A stretch of DNA of 64,000 nucleotides from Candidatus Binatia bacterium (GTDB lineage: Bacteria; Desulfobacterota; Binatia; HRBIN30), in assembly GCA_038245295.1 (NCBI GenBank), contig JBBRSP010000002.1:256001-320000 (forward strand), read 5' to 3'. The notes below the pieces were generated by a model. That model had not been told where the DNA came from. It saw nothing but the letters and a program-made list of their open reading frames with translations, and ran no database searches. Within the stretch, counting starts at the first letter, position 1. Every line of letters begins with the position of its first letter. Below are positions 41,202 through 51,268 of the stretch, in pieces. Both the position numbers and the translations under genes were made by a program.

Positions 41202-41939
41202 TCAGAGCAACAGTAGACCTTCGACGTAGCCAATCTGGTACAGCATGAACAACCCAACTCCGAGGCTGGCGGCGCAGGCCAGCGATCTCAGGGCCAGGTG
41301 CGCCGTTTCGAAGCGTGTCGCGGTGAACTGTACGGGCAGGGCAACCAGTAGGCTCATAATCGCCATCCCGCCGATCGAGCCGATTCCGAAGACAACCACA
41401 TAAGCGAGTCCGAGCCATGGCGACGGGATCGTTGCGAGGACCAGGAGCATCACCGCGGCGCTACCGGCCAACCCATGCACCAGACCGATTACAATCGAGC
41501 GCCGCGGTGCTGGGGTCCATTCGGCTCGATGCGCATGTGACTGTAGATGCGGGTGAACGTGTAAATGGATGTGACGGTGTTGCTCATGGGCGTGCACATG
41601 GATGTGCAGGCGATCGCCGCGCCATAACGCGCGCAGGGCATACAACCCCAAGCCGATCAGCATCAAGGCGACGCAGAGCTCAAACGCCAGGGCCATGTGT
41701 TGATTGATACGCAACTGCAGGAAGATGACCGCGATGCCGGCGGCGAGCAGCGAGATGGTGTGGCCGACGCCCCACAGGGCGCCAACAACCAGCGAGCTGA
41801 AGACACTGCGGCGCTCACTGACGATCGTGGCGATGGCGGCAATATGATCGGCCTCGACAGCGTGCTTCAGTCCGAAGACGAGCCCCAAGCCAAGCGTTGA
41901 GAACGCCGACCACCATTCCGGACTCAACCAATCGGCCAT
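41202..41939 (-). CDS. Nickel/cobalt permease-like protein (UreH / HoxN-related)
   Basis: GLKHAVEADHIAA, WGVGHT, His-rich loop HIHVHAHEQHRHIHLHVH, GLVHGLAGS, FGIGS. Confidence 0.85.
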   Translation of the reverse strand: MADWLSPEWWSAFSTLGLGLVFGLKHAVEADHIAAIATIVSERRSVFSSLVVGALWGVGHTISLLAAGIAVIFLQLRINQHMALAFELCVALMLIGLGLYALRALWRGDRLHIHVHAHEQHRHIHLHVHPHLQSHAHRAEWTPAPRRSIVIGLVHGLAGSAAVMLLVLATIPSPWLGLAYVVVFGIGSIGGMAIMSLLVALPVQFTATRFETAHLALRSLACAASLGVGLFMLYQIGYVEGLLLL

Positions 41940-41993
41940 CGGCGCTCCATGCGTTACGCGTAGCACGCAACGCGCTGGAGCGGGTAGGGGTAT

Positions 41994-42040
41994 TTGGTCG
42001 GGCGTAGGGGGGGCACGTACCCCCCCCTACGCCCGACCAA
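41994..42040. repeat. Perfect 20-bp hairpin downstream of ahcY (GTAG-type REP or terminator/stabiliser)
   Basis: ttggtcgggcgtaggggggg-cacgtac-ccccccctacgcccgaccaa; no clear U-tract. Confidence 0.7.
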
Positions 42041-42052
42041 GAGACGAGAACT

Positions 42053-43531
42053 TTAGTAGCGGTAGTGCTCCGGCTTGTACGGCCCATCGACCGACACGCC
42101 GATGTACTCGGCTTGCTTGTCGGTGAGGCGTGTCAGCTTCACGCCAAGCTTGCCGAGATGTAAGCGCGCGACTTCTTCGTCGAGCTGCTTCGGCAGCATG
42201 TAGACCTTCTTTTCGTACTTGCCGGTGTTCTGCCACAGCTCGAGTTGCGCCAGCACCTGGTTGGTGAACGAGGCACTCATGACGAACGATGGATGTCCGG
42301 TGGCGCAGCCCAGGTTCAGCAGACGTCCCTCGGCCAGGATCAGCACCGAGTGGCCGTCGGGGAATACCCACTCGTCGTACTGGGGCTTGATGTTGATCTT
42401 CGTGATGCCGGGGATCTTGCCGAGGCCGGCCATGTCGATTTCGTTGTCGAAGTGGCCGATGTTGCCGACGATCGCCTTGTCCTTCATCTGGGTCATGTGC
42501 TCGGCGGTGATGATGCCGAAGTTGCCGGTCGTCGTGACGAACAGGTCGGCGGTTCGTACGTAGTCTTCCAGAGTCGCCACTTCGTAACCCTGCATCGCCG
42601 CCTGTAGCGCGCAGATCGGATCGATCTCGGTGACGATGACGCGGGCGCCCTGGCCGCGCAGCGACTCGGCGCAGCCCTTGCCGACTTCGCCGAAACCGCA
42701 GACGACGGCGATCTTACCGCCCAGCATGACGTCGGTGGCGCGGTTGAGCCCATCGATCAACGAGTGGCGGCAGCCGTAGATGTTGTCGAACTTGCTCTTG
42801 GTTACCGAGTCGTTGACGTTGATGCCGGGGAACAAGAGCTCGCCCTTCTTCGCCATTTCGTAGAGACGGTGGACGCCGGTGGTGGTTTCTTCGCTGACAC
42901 CGCGGACGCGTGGCGAGATGCTCTGCCACTGGCCGGGCGCGTCCTTCTGCAGGCGTCGGACGAGATCGAGAATGATGCCCCACTCCTCGGACTCGGTCGC
43001 CGCGTCAAAGCCTGGGACCTTGCCGGCCTTCTCGTACTCCAGTCCCTTGTGCACGAGCAGCGTGGCGTCACCGCCGTCGTCGACGATGAGGTCTGGTCCG
43101 GCGCCGTCCGGCCACACCAGCGCCTCGTTCGTGCACCACCAGTACTCTTCGAGTGTCTCACCCTTCCAAGCAAACACAGCGATGCCCTGAGGCTTGTCGA
43201 CCGAACCGGTGCGGCCAACGGCAACCGCCGCCGCGGCGGTATCCTGTGTACTGAAGATGTTGCACGAGACCCAACGCACGTCAGCGCCGAGATCGGTCAG
43301 CGTTTCGATGAGTACAGCCGTCTGGGTCGTCATGTGCAGCGAGCCCATGATCTTGGCACCCGTCAACGGTTTCGAAGCGCCGTACTTGGCGCGTAGCGCC
43401 ATCAGGCCCGGCATCTCCTGCTCGGCGAGGCGAATCTCTTTGCGTCCAAGCTCGGCGAGCGCCAGATCCCTTACCTTGAACGGCGGGCGTGTCTCGGTGG
43501 TGACGGCCTTCTTCAGTGCGGTGTTGCTCAT
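42053..43531 (-). CDS. ahcY: Adenosylhomocysteinase
   Basis: [54 protein letters not shown]. Confidence 0.98.
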   Translation of the reverse strand: MSNTALKKAVTTETRPPFKVRDLALAELGRKEIRLAEQEMPGLMALRAKYGASKPLTGAKIMGSLHMTTQTAVLIETLTDLGADVRWVSCNIFSTQDTAAAAVAVGRTGSVDKPQGIAVFAWKGETLEEYWWCTNEALVWPDGAGPDLIVDDGGDATLLVHKGLEYEKAGKVPGFDAATESEEWGIILDLVRRLQKDAPGQWQSISPRVRGVSEETTTGVHRLYEMAKKGELLFPGINVNDSVTKSKFDNIYGCRHSLIDGLNRATDVMLGGKIAVVCGFGEVGKGCAESLRGQGARVIVTEIDPICALQAAMQGYEVATLEDYVRTADLFVTTTGNFGIITAEHMTQMKDKAIVGNIGHFDNEIDMAGLGKIPGITKINIKPQYDEWVFPDGHSVLILAEGRLLNLGCATGHPSFVMSASFTNQVLAQLELWQNTGKYEKKVYMLPKQLDEEVARLHLGKLGVKLTRLTDKQAEYIGVSVDGPYKPEHYRY

Positions 43532-44505
43532 GCGTTTATCCTCCCTGTCTTTGTTCGATTACGAATCGGACGCCGCGCGGTGGCGGCGAACAAACCTGGT
43601 CCTTTGACATGTGTGGCGGGCGGCAACGGCTGGACGCGAACGCGCTCGAAGCCGGTGCTGCCAAGCCAATCCTCTACCTGTGCCGGCGTGAAGCCGAGCC
43701 AGATGTGACCCATCTGTTGCCGGTACTCGCGGCGATCGTGTTGCAGCATGTCGATGATCAAGAGCCGGCCACCGGGCTGCAGCACGCGCAGCAGTTCGGT
43801 GAACGCGGCCGCTGGGTCTTGGACGTGATGCAACACCAGGCAGCTGACGGCAGCGTCGAGCGTGTCATCTTCGATGGGCAACGCTTCCAGACGACCCTGC
43901 CGTACCTCGACGTTGCCGATGCTCGACAAGCTCTGCCGCGCCGCCTTCAGCATGGCGCGCGAGCTGTCGACGGCGATCACCTGGTGCACGAACGGCGCGA
44001 CGGTCTGAGCGATCTGGCCGGTGCCGCAGCCGAGGTCACCGATCACCCACGTGTCTTCGAGCAATCCGGCAAGGGCCATCAAATCGAAGCGCTCGCCGAA
44101 CATGTCGCGCCGCAACTTGTCCCACTGCCCTGCTGCCGTGCTGAAGAATGCTTGCGAACGCGTTTGCCGCGCCGCGAGAATCGCCGCGAGGCGCTGGTCA
44201 TCGTGTGCCGCGATGCGTGTTTGTCCGGTCTGCTCGCGCATCAACGCCCACAAGCGTCGGGCGGCCGCGTCCAGATCTTCCAGCGGCATTCGATACAGCC
44301 GGCTGGTACCTTCGGGGCGTGCGGCGACCCAGCCTTCATCCGCCAACAGCTTGAGATGTCGACTCACCGTCGACTGCGGCAACTGCAGAACGCCACACAG
44401 GTCGGCGACACTGAGCTCCTCGTGCTCGATGACGCGCAGGAGACGCGCTCGCGTCAGATCCGCGAGAGCATTCATCCAATGAACGATGGGGGGCGTTGCT
44501 TCCAT
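43528..44505 (-). CDS. sahR: ArsR-HTH + SAM-binding methyltransferase-fold regulator (SahR type)
   Basis: [23 protein letters not shown] plus DLGCGTG; ATGA-coupled to ahcY. Confidence 0.85.
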   Translation of the reverse strand: MEATPPIVHWMNALADLTRARLLRVIEHEELSVADLCGVLQLPQSTVSRHLKLLADEGWVAARPEGTSRLYRMPLEDLDAAARRLWALMREQTGQTRIAAHDDQRLAAILAARQTRSQAFFSTAAGQWDKLRRDMFGERFDLMALAGLLEDTWVIGDLGCGTGQIAQTVAPFVHQVIAVDSSRAMLKAARQSLSSIGNVEVRQGRLEALPIEDDTLDAAVSCLVLHHVQDPAAAFTELLRVLQPGGRLLIIDMLQHDRREYRQQMGHIWLGFTPAQVEDWLGSTGFERVRVQPLPPATHVKGPGLFAATARRPIRNRTKTGRINA

Positions 44506-44520
44506 CCGTAAATCCGGATG
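44503..44520. promoter_or_regulatory. Candidate SahR operator overlapping its own start codon
   Basis: Palindrome CATCCG-N6-CGGATG. Confidence 0.45.
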
Positions 44521-44573
44521 TAGGGATATATGGATGCCACGTCGGCGTCAAGGATGGAAACGCAATGCGCCGA

Positions 44574-44641
44574 CCCCGTGCCCGTGCCCCGCCGCTCGTT
44601 GCTCTGGTTCCACCTTGGATCGGGCAAGGGCAAGGGCAAGC
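44574..44641. repeat. GGGCAA/GGGCAC hexamer repeat, copy 3 (inverted arrangement)
   Basis: cccgtgcccgtgccc ... cgggcaagggcaagggcaag. Confidence 0.7.
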
Positions 44642-44789
44642 GAACCACCGCGGCTCCGAGTCATGCGGGCAGAATCGAGAGGCTCTGGTCGAAGCGTTGA
44701 CAGGGGGAAGTACGGGCTGGGCGTTGAGCCGCAGGATCCTCTCGTGGTGAAGGAGATGCATCACATACTGTGGGCCATGGCCGCTCTCA

Positions 44790-45893
44790 TCAGTGTGCCG
44801 TTGGCGGCGTCAGCACCTGCTCGTAGGCCAGGGTAACCTGTCGCCATGAGTAGAGCGCCTGAGTACGACAGCGCGCCGCCGCGCCAAGCTCAGCGTGAAA
44901 GCCGTTCAGCACGGCCTCAAGCTGCTGGCTAAGACTGCGAGGATCGTTGAACGCGTAGTACAAGACGGCATCGCCGCCGACTTCGCGATGCTCTGGAGTA
45001 TCATTTGCGATCACCACCAGGCCGGCGCCCATGGCCTCGACGAGGGCCGGGTGTGTTCCGCCGACTTCGGTTGCCTGGACATAACACGCCGCGTGCCTCT
45101 GCAGCTCTCGGTACCCCTCGCCAAACACGAAACCGGCAAATAGGATTCGTGGATCGCCACCCGCCGCTTCGAGCAACTCACGCTTGTACTGATCCGCATA
45201 CGGTGCGTCACCGACGATCACCAATTTGAACGACGTCTCGACGTTGCGAAACGCACGGATCACCACCTCGGCATTATTCTCGGGTTCTAACCGGCTGACG
45301 TAGAGAACGTATCGGCCTGGCTCGAGCCCGAAGCGATCGACTGCGTCGCGCGTCGCACACGACTCGGTGCGCGCACCATAGGCAATCATGACTGAATCGA
45401 CCCCGTAGATGTCCCGGTAGTAGGTGCGGATGACCTCGGCGTCGGCGATCACGACGTCGGCCAACTTGGTGGCGAGCCATTCGCCCGCTCGGTAGTAGGC
45501 GCGGCCGGCAGCGCTCCACTTCTTGCGACGCCGTTCGATGCCGTCGACATTGATGACAACCCGTGCGCCAGCCAGGCGCGGCAACAGCGCAAACATGCTG
45601 TTGGCAGCGTTGCAGATGAGAACGGCGTCATAGCGGCGCCACAAACAGTCGATGGCGCTCAGGGCGCTGTGCATCACTGTGTCGAGGTACTTCGAGCGGA
45701 TCGTGCGCAAGACCCGCAGGCGCACACCGCGGTAGCTCGTGCCATGCAGACGTGGATCAACATGATGGGCGCGGCAGTACACCGTAACGTCATGGCCGCG
45801 CGCTGCCAGCCGACTTCCCAACTCCTCGGCCAACGTCTCGAACCCGCCGTAGCTGGCGGGAATACCGCGCGTACCTAGGATCGCCAGCTTCAT
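44790..45893 (-). CDS. GT4 glycosyltransferase (DUF1972 N-terminus)
   Basis: ILGTRGIPASYGGFET, NVDGIE..R.KW, SRLEPENN, VGGTHPALVEAM. Confidence 0.9.
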   Translation of the reverse strand: MKLAILGTRGIPASYGGFETLAEELGSRLAARGHDVTVYCRAHHVDPRLHGTSYRGVRLRVLRTIRSKYLDTVMHSALSAIDCLWRRYDAVLICNAANSMFALLPRLAGARVVINVDGIERRRKKWSAAGRAYYRAGEWLATKLADVVIADAEVIRTYYRDIYGVDSVMIAYGARTESCATRDAVDRFGLEPGRYVLYVSRLEPENNAEVVIRAFRNVETSFKLVIVGDAPYADQYKRELLEAAGGDPRILFAGFVFGEGYRELQRHAACYVQATEVGGTHPALVEAMGAGLVVIANDTPEHREVGGDAVLYYAFNDPRSLSQQLEAVLNGFHAELGAAARCRTQALYSWRQVTLAYEQVLTPPTAH

Positions 45894-45923
45894 TGTCCCG
45901 CCGCGATAGCCTCGCGCCGACGA

Positions 45924-47021
45924 CTATCGCAAGCGCCTCGACACAGTCAGTAGGCGGCGGGGCACCTGCAGCGCAGCCCCGATCAGGCTCGAAGAGCCCC
46001 AGCTTGTAGCCACTGCGGTGCCGAAAGCCGGCAAGGCTCGATAGCCGGCCCGGCGCCGCGCTTCGAACCAACATTGCGCCACGTTCGGTGTGACTCCCCA
46101 GTGCGAATTGCCGGCTCGATACCATAGCTCTCGAGCTTCACTCGTGCCGAGCCCAGGAGTCATGACCGCCGCAGCCTTGCTGACGTCGATGACAGGGCAG
46201 GTATCTCGTAGAACCCGTAAGGCCGTTGCCAGCAGTCCGCCAAACCGCCCCTGACGCGCCGTGCGCTGGACTTTCTCCCAGTCGATGCCGTCAGCATGGG
46301 GGCCGCGCAGAACGGCGCTGAGATCGGTAAGCCAGCGCAGGCCCGGGGTGCGATTCGACCACATTCCGTCGAGCACGATACGCATCAGCTCCGTCGAAGC
46401 AGCCGACACCTGTACCACCATCGACGCGAACTCAACGGCGAAACCGTCGGCTGTGTCGGTTGGCTTCCAAGGCAGACCCCATGCCAGAATGATCGGATTG
46501 CCTTCGCGATCACAAAAACGCAGCGACGTGAGCCGTTCAACGTGGGCGCGGCGCAAGCGAATGGGTGCCGCAAATCCCGCACCACTCAGGGTGGCAAATG
46601 CGTCGAGCGCCTGGCCAACCTCTACCCGCACGACGCTATCATCGATCAAGCGCGCGCCGAGGTCGGGAGCATGCGTCAGACTGATTGCCACCCCACCCGA
46701 CAGGGAAACATTGATCCCGGCGTCGCGCAGCAGCTCCACACATGACGACAGCCGGCGCAACGCGAGCTGATTGTGCGACCAATTGTAGCGATGCAGCCCC
46801 TTGAGCCGACCGAGCGACGCATCCGCCACCCCCTGGCGAATCAGGTTACGATAGACCCACGGCAGTAGATGGCGCGTCGCGGCGTCGACGTCGTCGATGC
46901 GATTCGCCCTGCTCCAGGCCTCCCACGCGTTGGCGGCTTGTTCGCCGGGCAGCGTCGCTGCAGCGAACAACTCACACTGGGCTGAGGTCGGCACTAGCCG
47001 ACCCAGATTCAGCTCATCCAT
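45924..47021 (-). CDS. Nucleotidyltransferase-family paralogue with degenerate active site
   Basis: Colinear with the neighbouring gene (LLP..Y, L..AGI.V, RW..D, DW), but LKG reads LSG and RxxxDxD reads RLIDDSV. Confidence 0.7.
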   Translation of the reverse strand: MDELNLGRLVPTSAQCELFAAATLPGEQAANAWEAWSRANRIDDVDAATRHLLPWVYRNLIRQGVADASLGRLKGLHRYNWSHNQLALRRLSSCVELLRDAGINVSLSGGVAISLTHAPDLGARLIDDSVVRVEVGQALDAFATLSGAGFAAPIRLRRAHVERLTSLRFCDREGNPIILAWGLPWKPTDTADGFAVEFASMVVQVSAASTELMRIVLDGMWSNRTPGLRWLTDLSAVLRGPHADGIDWEKVQRTARQGRFGGLLATALRVLRDTCPVIDVSKAAAVMTPGLGTSEARELWYRAGNSHWGVTPNVAQCWFEARRRAGYRALPAFGTAVATSWGSSSLIGAALQVPRRLLTVSRRLR

Positions 47022-47097
47022 GGATGGCCCACGGCCTTGCGAAGCCCACCCTTGGGCGGGCTCAGGACGAGAGGAAGGCTGCGCACCGACGAGAGCC

Positions 47098-48210
47098 TCA
47101 CATGGCAGCCCGGCGTCGACGCAGGGCGCGGCTCAAGATGGACCATAGGGTATCAGCTTCGGAGCGATCGAGAACATAGCGCCGGAAGCCGGCGACGCGC
47201 TCCAGCCATGAGCGGTCGGCGGCCAAGCGCCACCAGTTGAACCAGTAGCCGTGAAAATCACCGACGTAGCGACTACGCGGCAGCGTCGTGCGGACATAGT
47301 GTTCGAGGTGCTCCATTGGCGCAATTTTCACGGCGTCGAGTCGCGCCAGGACGGCACCCGGCACGGCAACTCCGACGTTCTTCCAGAGCCAGCGCAAGGC
47401 GTCGCGCATTGGGAGTACCAGGCGTAGCTGCTCGGTGGTCGCCAGCATACGCTGCCAGTCAAACGTTGCTGCATCACCGATGATGGCGTGCGCATCGCAT
47501 ACCCAGCGCAGGGGAGGTAGCTCACTCCATTTCACTCCGTGGACGATCACATGCAACAACATGTCGGCCGGATGCAGCCCCCACAAATGGCCTTCGTAAC
47601 CAGGTAGCGGGTGCACAGCCTGCCACAGCTCGTTTTCGCTGCCGGGCTGGCAGGTCTCGGGTAACAGATGCCAATGCAAGTCGATCGCGCGGTGCTGGGG
47701 ATCACTGAAGTTCATCGAGTTCATCGTGCGCAAGCGACGCGCCGATAGCTCGAACTCCGCAACCCAGCCCTGTCGTCGTACCGCCTCCACGGCGCGCGCC
47801 GCATCACCTTCGGGCACGAGCACATCGATGTCGCTCATAGGGCGCACCCCGGCGTCCTTGTAATACTCGATCACCAACGCTGCGCCTTTGAGGATTGCTA
47901 CCCGCACGCCCGCGTCGTGCAGCAGGCCGGCGACAACTTTGAGGTCGCGCAAGTGCATTTGCGTTTCGGCCCAGGTGCGGCGGTAGTGTTGCTTGATGGT
48001 ATCGTGCCAGAGGGGCTCCAGCAGCTCGGGCCGCCGCCGATAGATCAGCGGCAACAGACGCTCCGACGCCGGATCGAGCCCATCCAGATCAGCGCCGTGG
48101 TACCACTGTTGCCAGGCCAGAGCGCCGGGGGCCCCAGGCAGCAGCGCCGCGCGCAGCAGCAGAACTTGCCGTGGCATCGGCCAGCAGCCACCCGAGCTTT
48201 GACCCTTCAT
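47098..48210 (-). CDS. Nucleotidyltransferase family protein (NTP_transf_5-like)
   Basis: ILKGAAL..YY...GVRPMSDIDVLV, IDLHW, LLHVIVHG, RWVCD. Confidence 0.88.
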   Translation of the reverse strand: MKGQSSGGCWPMPRQVLLLRAALLPGAPGALAWQQWYHGADLDGLDPASERLLPLIYRRRPELLEPLWHDTIKQHYRRTWAETQMHLRDLKVVAGLLHDAGVRVAILKGAALVIEYYKDAGVRPMSDIDVLVPEGDAARAVEAVRRQGWVAEFELSARRLRTMNSMNFSDPQHRAIDLHWHLLPETCQPGSENELWQAVHPLPGYEGHLWGLHPADMLLHVIVHGVKWSELPPLRWVCDAHAIIGDAATFDWQRMLATTEQLRLVLPMRDALRWLWKNVGVAVPGAVLARLDAVKIAPMEHLEHYVRTTLPRSRYVGDFHGYWFNWWRLAADRSWLERVAGFRRYVLDRSEADTLWSILSRALRRRRAAM

Positions 48211-48301
48211 TGCTTACGTATGACGCAGGCCCGACAGTCCGTGCAAGGTCTCGTTCGGCTTGACCCTGCCGCCGGTTCGATGGACTATTGCGTCCATCGT
48301 T

Positions 48302-49165
48302 ATGATCTCGGTTGTCACGCTACATCTTGAACGCGAACTTCATACGAGTAGATTTGTGGATCGACTCTATGAACACACGCGAATCCCGTTTGAGCTCATC
48401 CTCGTCAGTCAGGGGTCCGAGCCGCCGACCGTCGAATGGCTCAACCTCCTCCGTAAGGACCGGCCCAACTTTCACGTGATTCTCAACGATCGTAACGTCG
48501 GCACGGCGGTGGGCCGCAACCGGGGAATTCTTGCCGCCCAGGGAGAGTACGTGGTTGTCGTCGACAATGACGTCGAATTCACCGAACAATGGCTCGAGCC
48601 ACTGCTTGAAACGGCTCGCAACGATGAGTCGGTTGCATGCGTCGGTGCCATGATCCTGACACCGCAGGGGCGTCCACAATATTGCTCGCATTACACGGTG
48701 GAGCGCCAGCAAGCAGATGGGTTACGGTCGATCGGATTGCGCTTCGATCGTTGGTTCGCAGCAGACTCGCCGGAGATCGGCGCCGAGTGCGATGTCCCGT
48801 GGTATCCGACCACCTGCCTTCTGATACGGAAGGAGGCCTTCGACAGGGTTGGCGGGTTCGATGAGCGACTCTTTCTCGCTGAAGAAGACAAGGATTTGTG
48901 CCTGGCCTTGCGAAACTCCGGCTATCGCGTCGTCTTCAATCCGAGGTCACGCGTGGTTCACAATGGCTACCCTCGCGATCCTGGCTACGCCAAGCTCCGC
49001 GAGAACCTGCCGCTTCTGCATCGCGACAAGCGCTACTTCGAGCAGAAATGGTCCTGCGGCGTCATCAACGAATCATCGCGCACGTACCTGCTACAGAGCG
49101 GTATCTCGGAAGAGAGGCTGCAACAGTATGAGAAGTTCCCTCTCTTTATGAAGGTCGTCCCCTAA
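48302..49165 (+). CDS. GT2 glycosyltransferase
   Basis: NVGTAVGRNRG, VDND, GGFDE, EDKDLC. Confidence 0.88.
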   Translation: MISVVTLHLERELHTSRFVDRLYEHTRIPFELILVSQGSEPPTVEWLNLLRKDRPNFHVILNDRNVGTAVGRNRGILAAQGEYVVVVDNDVEFTEQWLEPLLETARNDESVACVGAMILTPQGRPQYCSHYTVERQQADGLRSIGLRFDRWFAADSPEIGAECDVPWYPTTCLLIRKEAFDRVGGFDERLFLAEEDKDLCLALRNSGYRVVFNPRSRVVHNGYPRDPGYAKLRENLPLLHRDKRYFEQKWSCGVINESSRTYLLQSGISEERLQQYEKFPLFMKVVP

Positions 49166-49167
49166 CG

Positions 49168-50196
49168 ATGCCGATGCACACCGAATTCAAGTGGAACAGG
49201 CTGCCCCGACCGCGGCAGTTGATCCTCACCGTGACGGATCGCTGCAATCACTTCTGCGACATGTGCTACTACCACGCGTCGCTCAACAAGAAGACCCAAC
49301 TGCTGTCCCTGGCCGAGTACGAGCGGCTCTCAGATCAACTGCAGCAGGTCGAGCTCCTGCTGATCTCGGGCGGTGAGCCGTTCCTGCGCAAGGATGTCAC
49401 CGAGATCATCGAGATTTTCTATCGCAACAACGGCACGCGCACCGTGTTCATTCCGTCAAACGGCTCGATGCCGGCGGAGATCTTCAAGGTTGTAAGAGCG
49501 ATGCTCAGTTGCATGCCGGAGTTGCAGCTCACCTTGATGATGTCTCTGGAGGGTCGGCGCGACGAGCACGACCGGATCCACGGCAAACTTGGTGCCTTCG
49601 ACTCGGTTATCGAGACGATTCGCCGGCTGACCGTGCTGCGTGTGCACCGCCACTTGCACCGCAAGCCACCACTTGGGGTGCTGCTCAACACGGTCGTCTC
49701 GAATCAGAACGTCGACCGCATCCTGCCACTGATGAGCTACGTCAAAGACCACGTGCCCGTCAGCTCACACACGTTCTCACCCATGCGTGGAGCGGGGCCG
49801 GTGGCGAGTTGCACGACGCCCTCGGCGGCACAGTTCGAGGCGCTCGTGCGCGACGCACAACCCTACTTCGAGCACTACCTTCAAAAGCAACCCGCCGCGA
49901 TGAAGGCCACCCTGGAGCGCTACGCATTGTGGATGGACCTGATCGGCGGCAAGGGCTTGCCGCATCAATGCCAGGCCGGGAATTACATCGGCGTCATCGA
50001 GCCAGACGGACGAGTTCGCCTCTGCGAGCTGACTCCGGTGATCGGTAACCTGCGCGAAGCCGACTTCGATTTCGAGAAGGTTTGGACATCGCCCGAGGCC
50101 AACGCGCTACGCCAGCAGATCATCAATTGTTCGTGCACCCACGCCTGCTTCATCAACGCGAGCCAGAAGTACTACTCCCTCAAGCTCGATGCGTGA
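49168..50196 (+). CDS. Radical SAM protein with SPASM/twitch-like C-terminal domain
   Basis: CNHFCDMC, SGGEPFLR, HD.IHG..GAF, CQAG...DG.V.LCE...GNL...CSC..AC. Confidence 0.9.
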   Translation: MPMHTEFKWNRLPRPRQLILTVTDRCNHFCDMCYYHASLNKKTQLLSLAEYERLSDQLQQVELLLISGGEPFLRKDVTEIIEIFYRNNGTRTVFIPSNGSMPAEIFKVVRAMLSCMPELQLTLMMSLEGRRDEHDRIHGKLGAFDSVIETIRRLTVLRVHRHLHRKPPLGVLLNTVVSNQNVDRILPLMSYVKDHVPVSSHTFSPMRGAGPVASCTTPSAAQFEALVRDAQPYFEHYLQKQPAAMKATLERYALWMDLIGGKGLPHQCQAGNYIGVIEPDGRVRLCELTPVIGNLREADFDFEKVWTSPEANALRQQIINCSCTHACFINASQKYYSLKLDA

Positions 50197-51268
50197 ACCC
50201 GAGTACGATCTTCGCAACCGTCGAGCTCACGTTGGTGGCGAGGTACTCGGCCGGCGGAGTCCACGCCGGGGGCTGAGCCAACGCCAGCCGCACGGCGTCG
50301 ACGATCGCACCGGGGTCGGCACCACTGAGGATGCTGCTGCCGGCTTCGACGGTTTCCGGCCGTTCAGTAACGTCGCGTAAGGTCACGTTGGGGACCTGGA
50401 ACAGGCAGCACTCTTCCTGCACCGTCCCCGAGTCGGAAAGCACGCAGCGGGCGTTTTGCTCGAGGCGGACGAAGTCAAACAGCCCGAGGGGCGAGACAGT
50501 CCGCACACCATCGGTGAATGCCTGGCCTTGCCTCAAGAGCTGCCCACGGGTGCGCGGATGTAAGCTGCAGACGATCGGCAGATCGTGCTCCGCAAGCAAA
50601 CGAGCCAAGCCGTCGATGAAACCAGCCAGGCGAAGCGGCACGTCGACGTTCTCGGCGCGATGCAGGGTCACCAGGAAGTAGCCGCCAGGCTCGAGCCCCA
50701 ACCGCCCCAAGATCGTGCTGGCGGCAATCTCTGCAGCATGATGAACCAGCACTTCATGGATTGGATTACCGACGACGAAAATGCGATCCGCGGCGCAGCC
50801 TTCGCGCAACAGGTTGGCGCGGCTGCGTTCGGTGTAGGGCAGCAAGACGTCGCTACAGTGGTCGATCACACGGCGATTGACCTCTTCGGGAACCCTATCA
50901 TCGTAGCAGCGATTGCCGGCCTCCATGTGGAAGACAGGAATTCCCATGCGCTTGGCGACCAGCGCGCAAAGCCCGCTATTGGTATCGCCCAGGATGAGGA
51001 GCCGATCCGGTTGCTCTTCCTGAAACAGACCCTCGCAAGCGCAGAGAATCTTGCCAATCTGCTCCATCGGCGTCGCCGAACGGCAATCGAGCTGGTGATC
51101 CGGGCGGCGCAACCGCAGCTCGTCGAAGAAGACATCGTGCAACGGGGGCTCGAAGTTCTGCCCGGTGTGGACGAGCACGTGGCGGCAGTGCTGATCCAGT
51201 AACGGCAGGATGCGGCTCAGACGGATGATCTCCGGCCGGGTACCGAGCACCGTCACAACCTTCATCAT
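50180..51268 (-). CDS. Non-hydrolysing UDP-sugar 2-epimerase (FnlC/WbjD-like)
   Basis: GTRPEIIRL, HTGQN, LGDTNS, HMEAGNRCYD.RVPEE.NR, SDSGTVQEE, TERPE. Confidence 0.9.
   Translation of the reverse strand: MMKVVTVLGTRPEIIRLSRILPLLDQHCRHVLVHTGQNFEPPLHDVFFDELRLRRPDHQLDCRSATPMEQIGKILCACEGLFQEEQPDRLLILGDTNSGLCALVAKRMGIPVFHMEAGNRCYDDRVPEEVNRRVIDHCSDVLLPYTERSRANLLREGCAADRIFVVGNPIHEVLVHHAAEIAASTILGRLGLEPGGYFLVTLHRAENVDVPLRLAGFIDGLARLLAEHDLPIVCSLHPRTRGQLLRQGQAFTDGVRTVSPLGLFDFVRLEQNARCVLSDSGTVQEECCLFQVPNVTLRDVTERPETVEAGSSILSGADPGAIVDAVRLALAQPPAWTPPAEYLATNVSSTVAKIVLGFTHRA

Noticed and set aside
40839..41229. ORFs with RVRVRV / TLTLTL runs
   Set aside because: They are translations of the CCCTCA/CCCTCTCCC repeat.
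43500..43560. SAH/SAM riboswitch ahead of ahcY
   Set aside because: ahcY overlaps the upstream regulator gene, leaving no leader; a protein regulator explains control.
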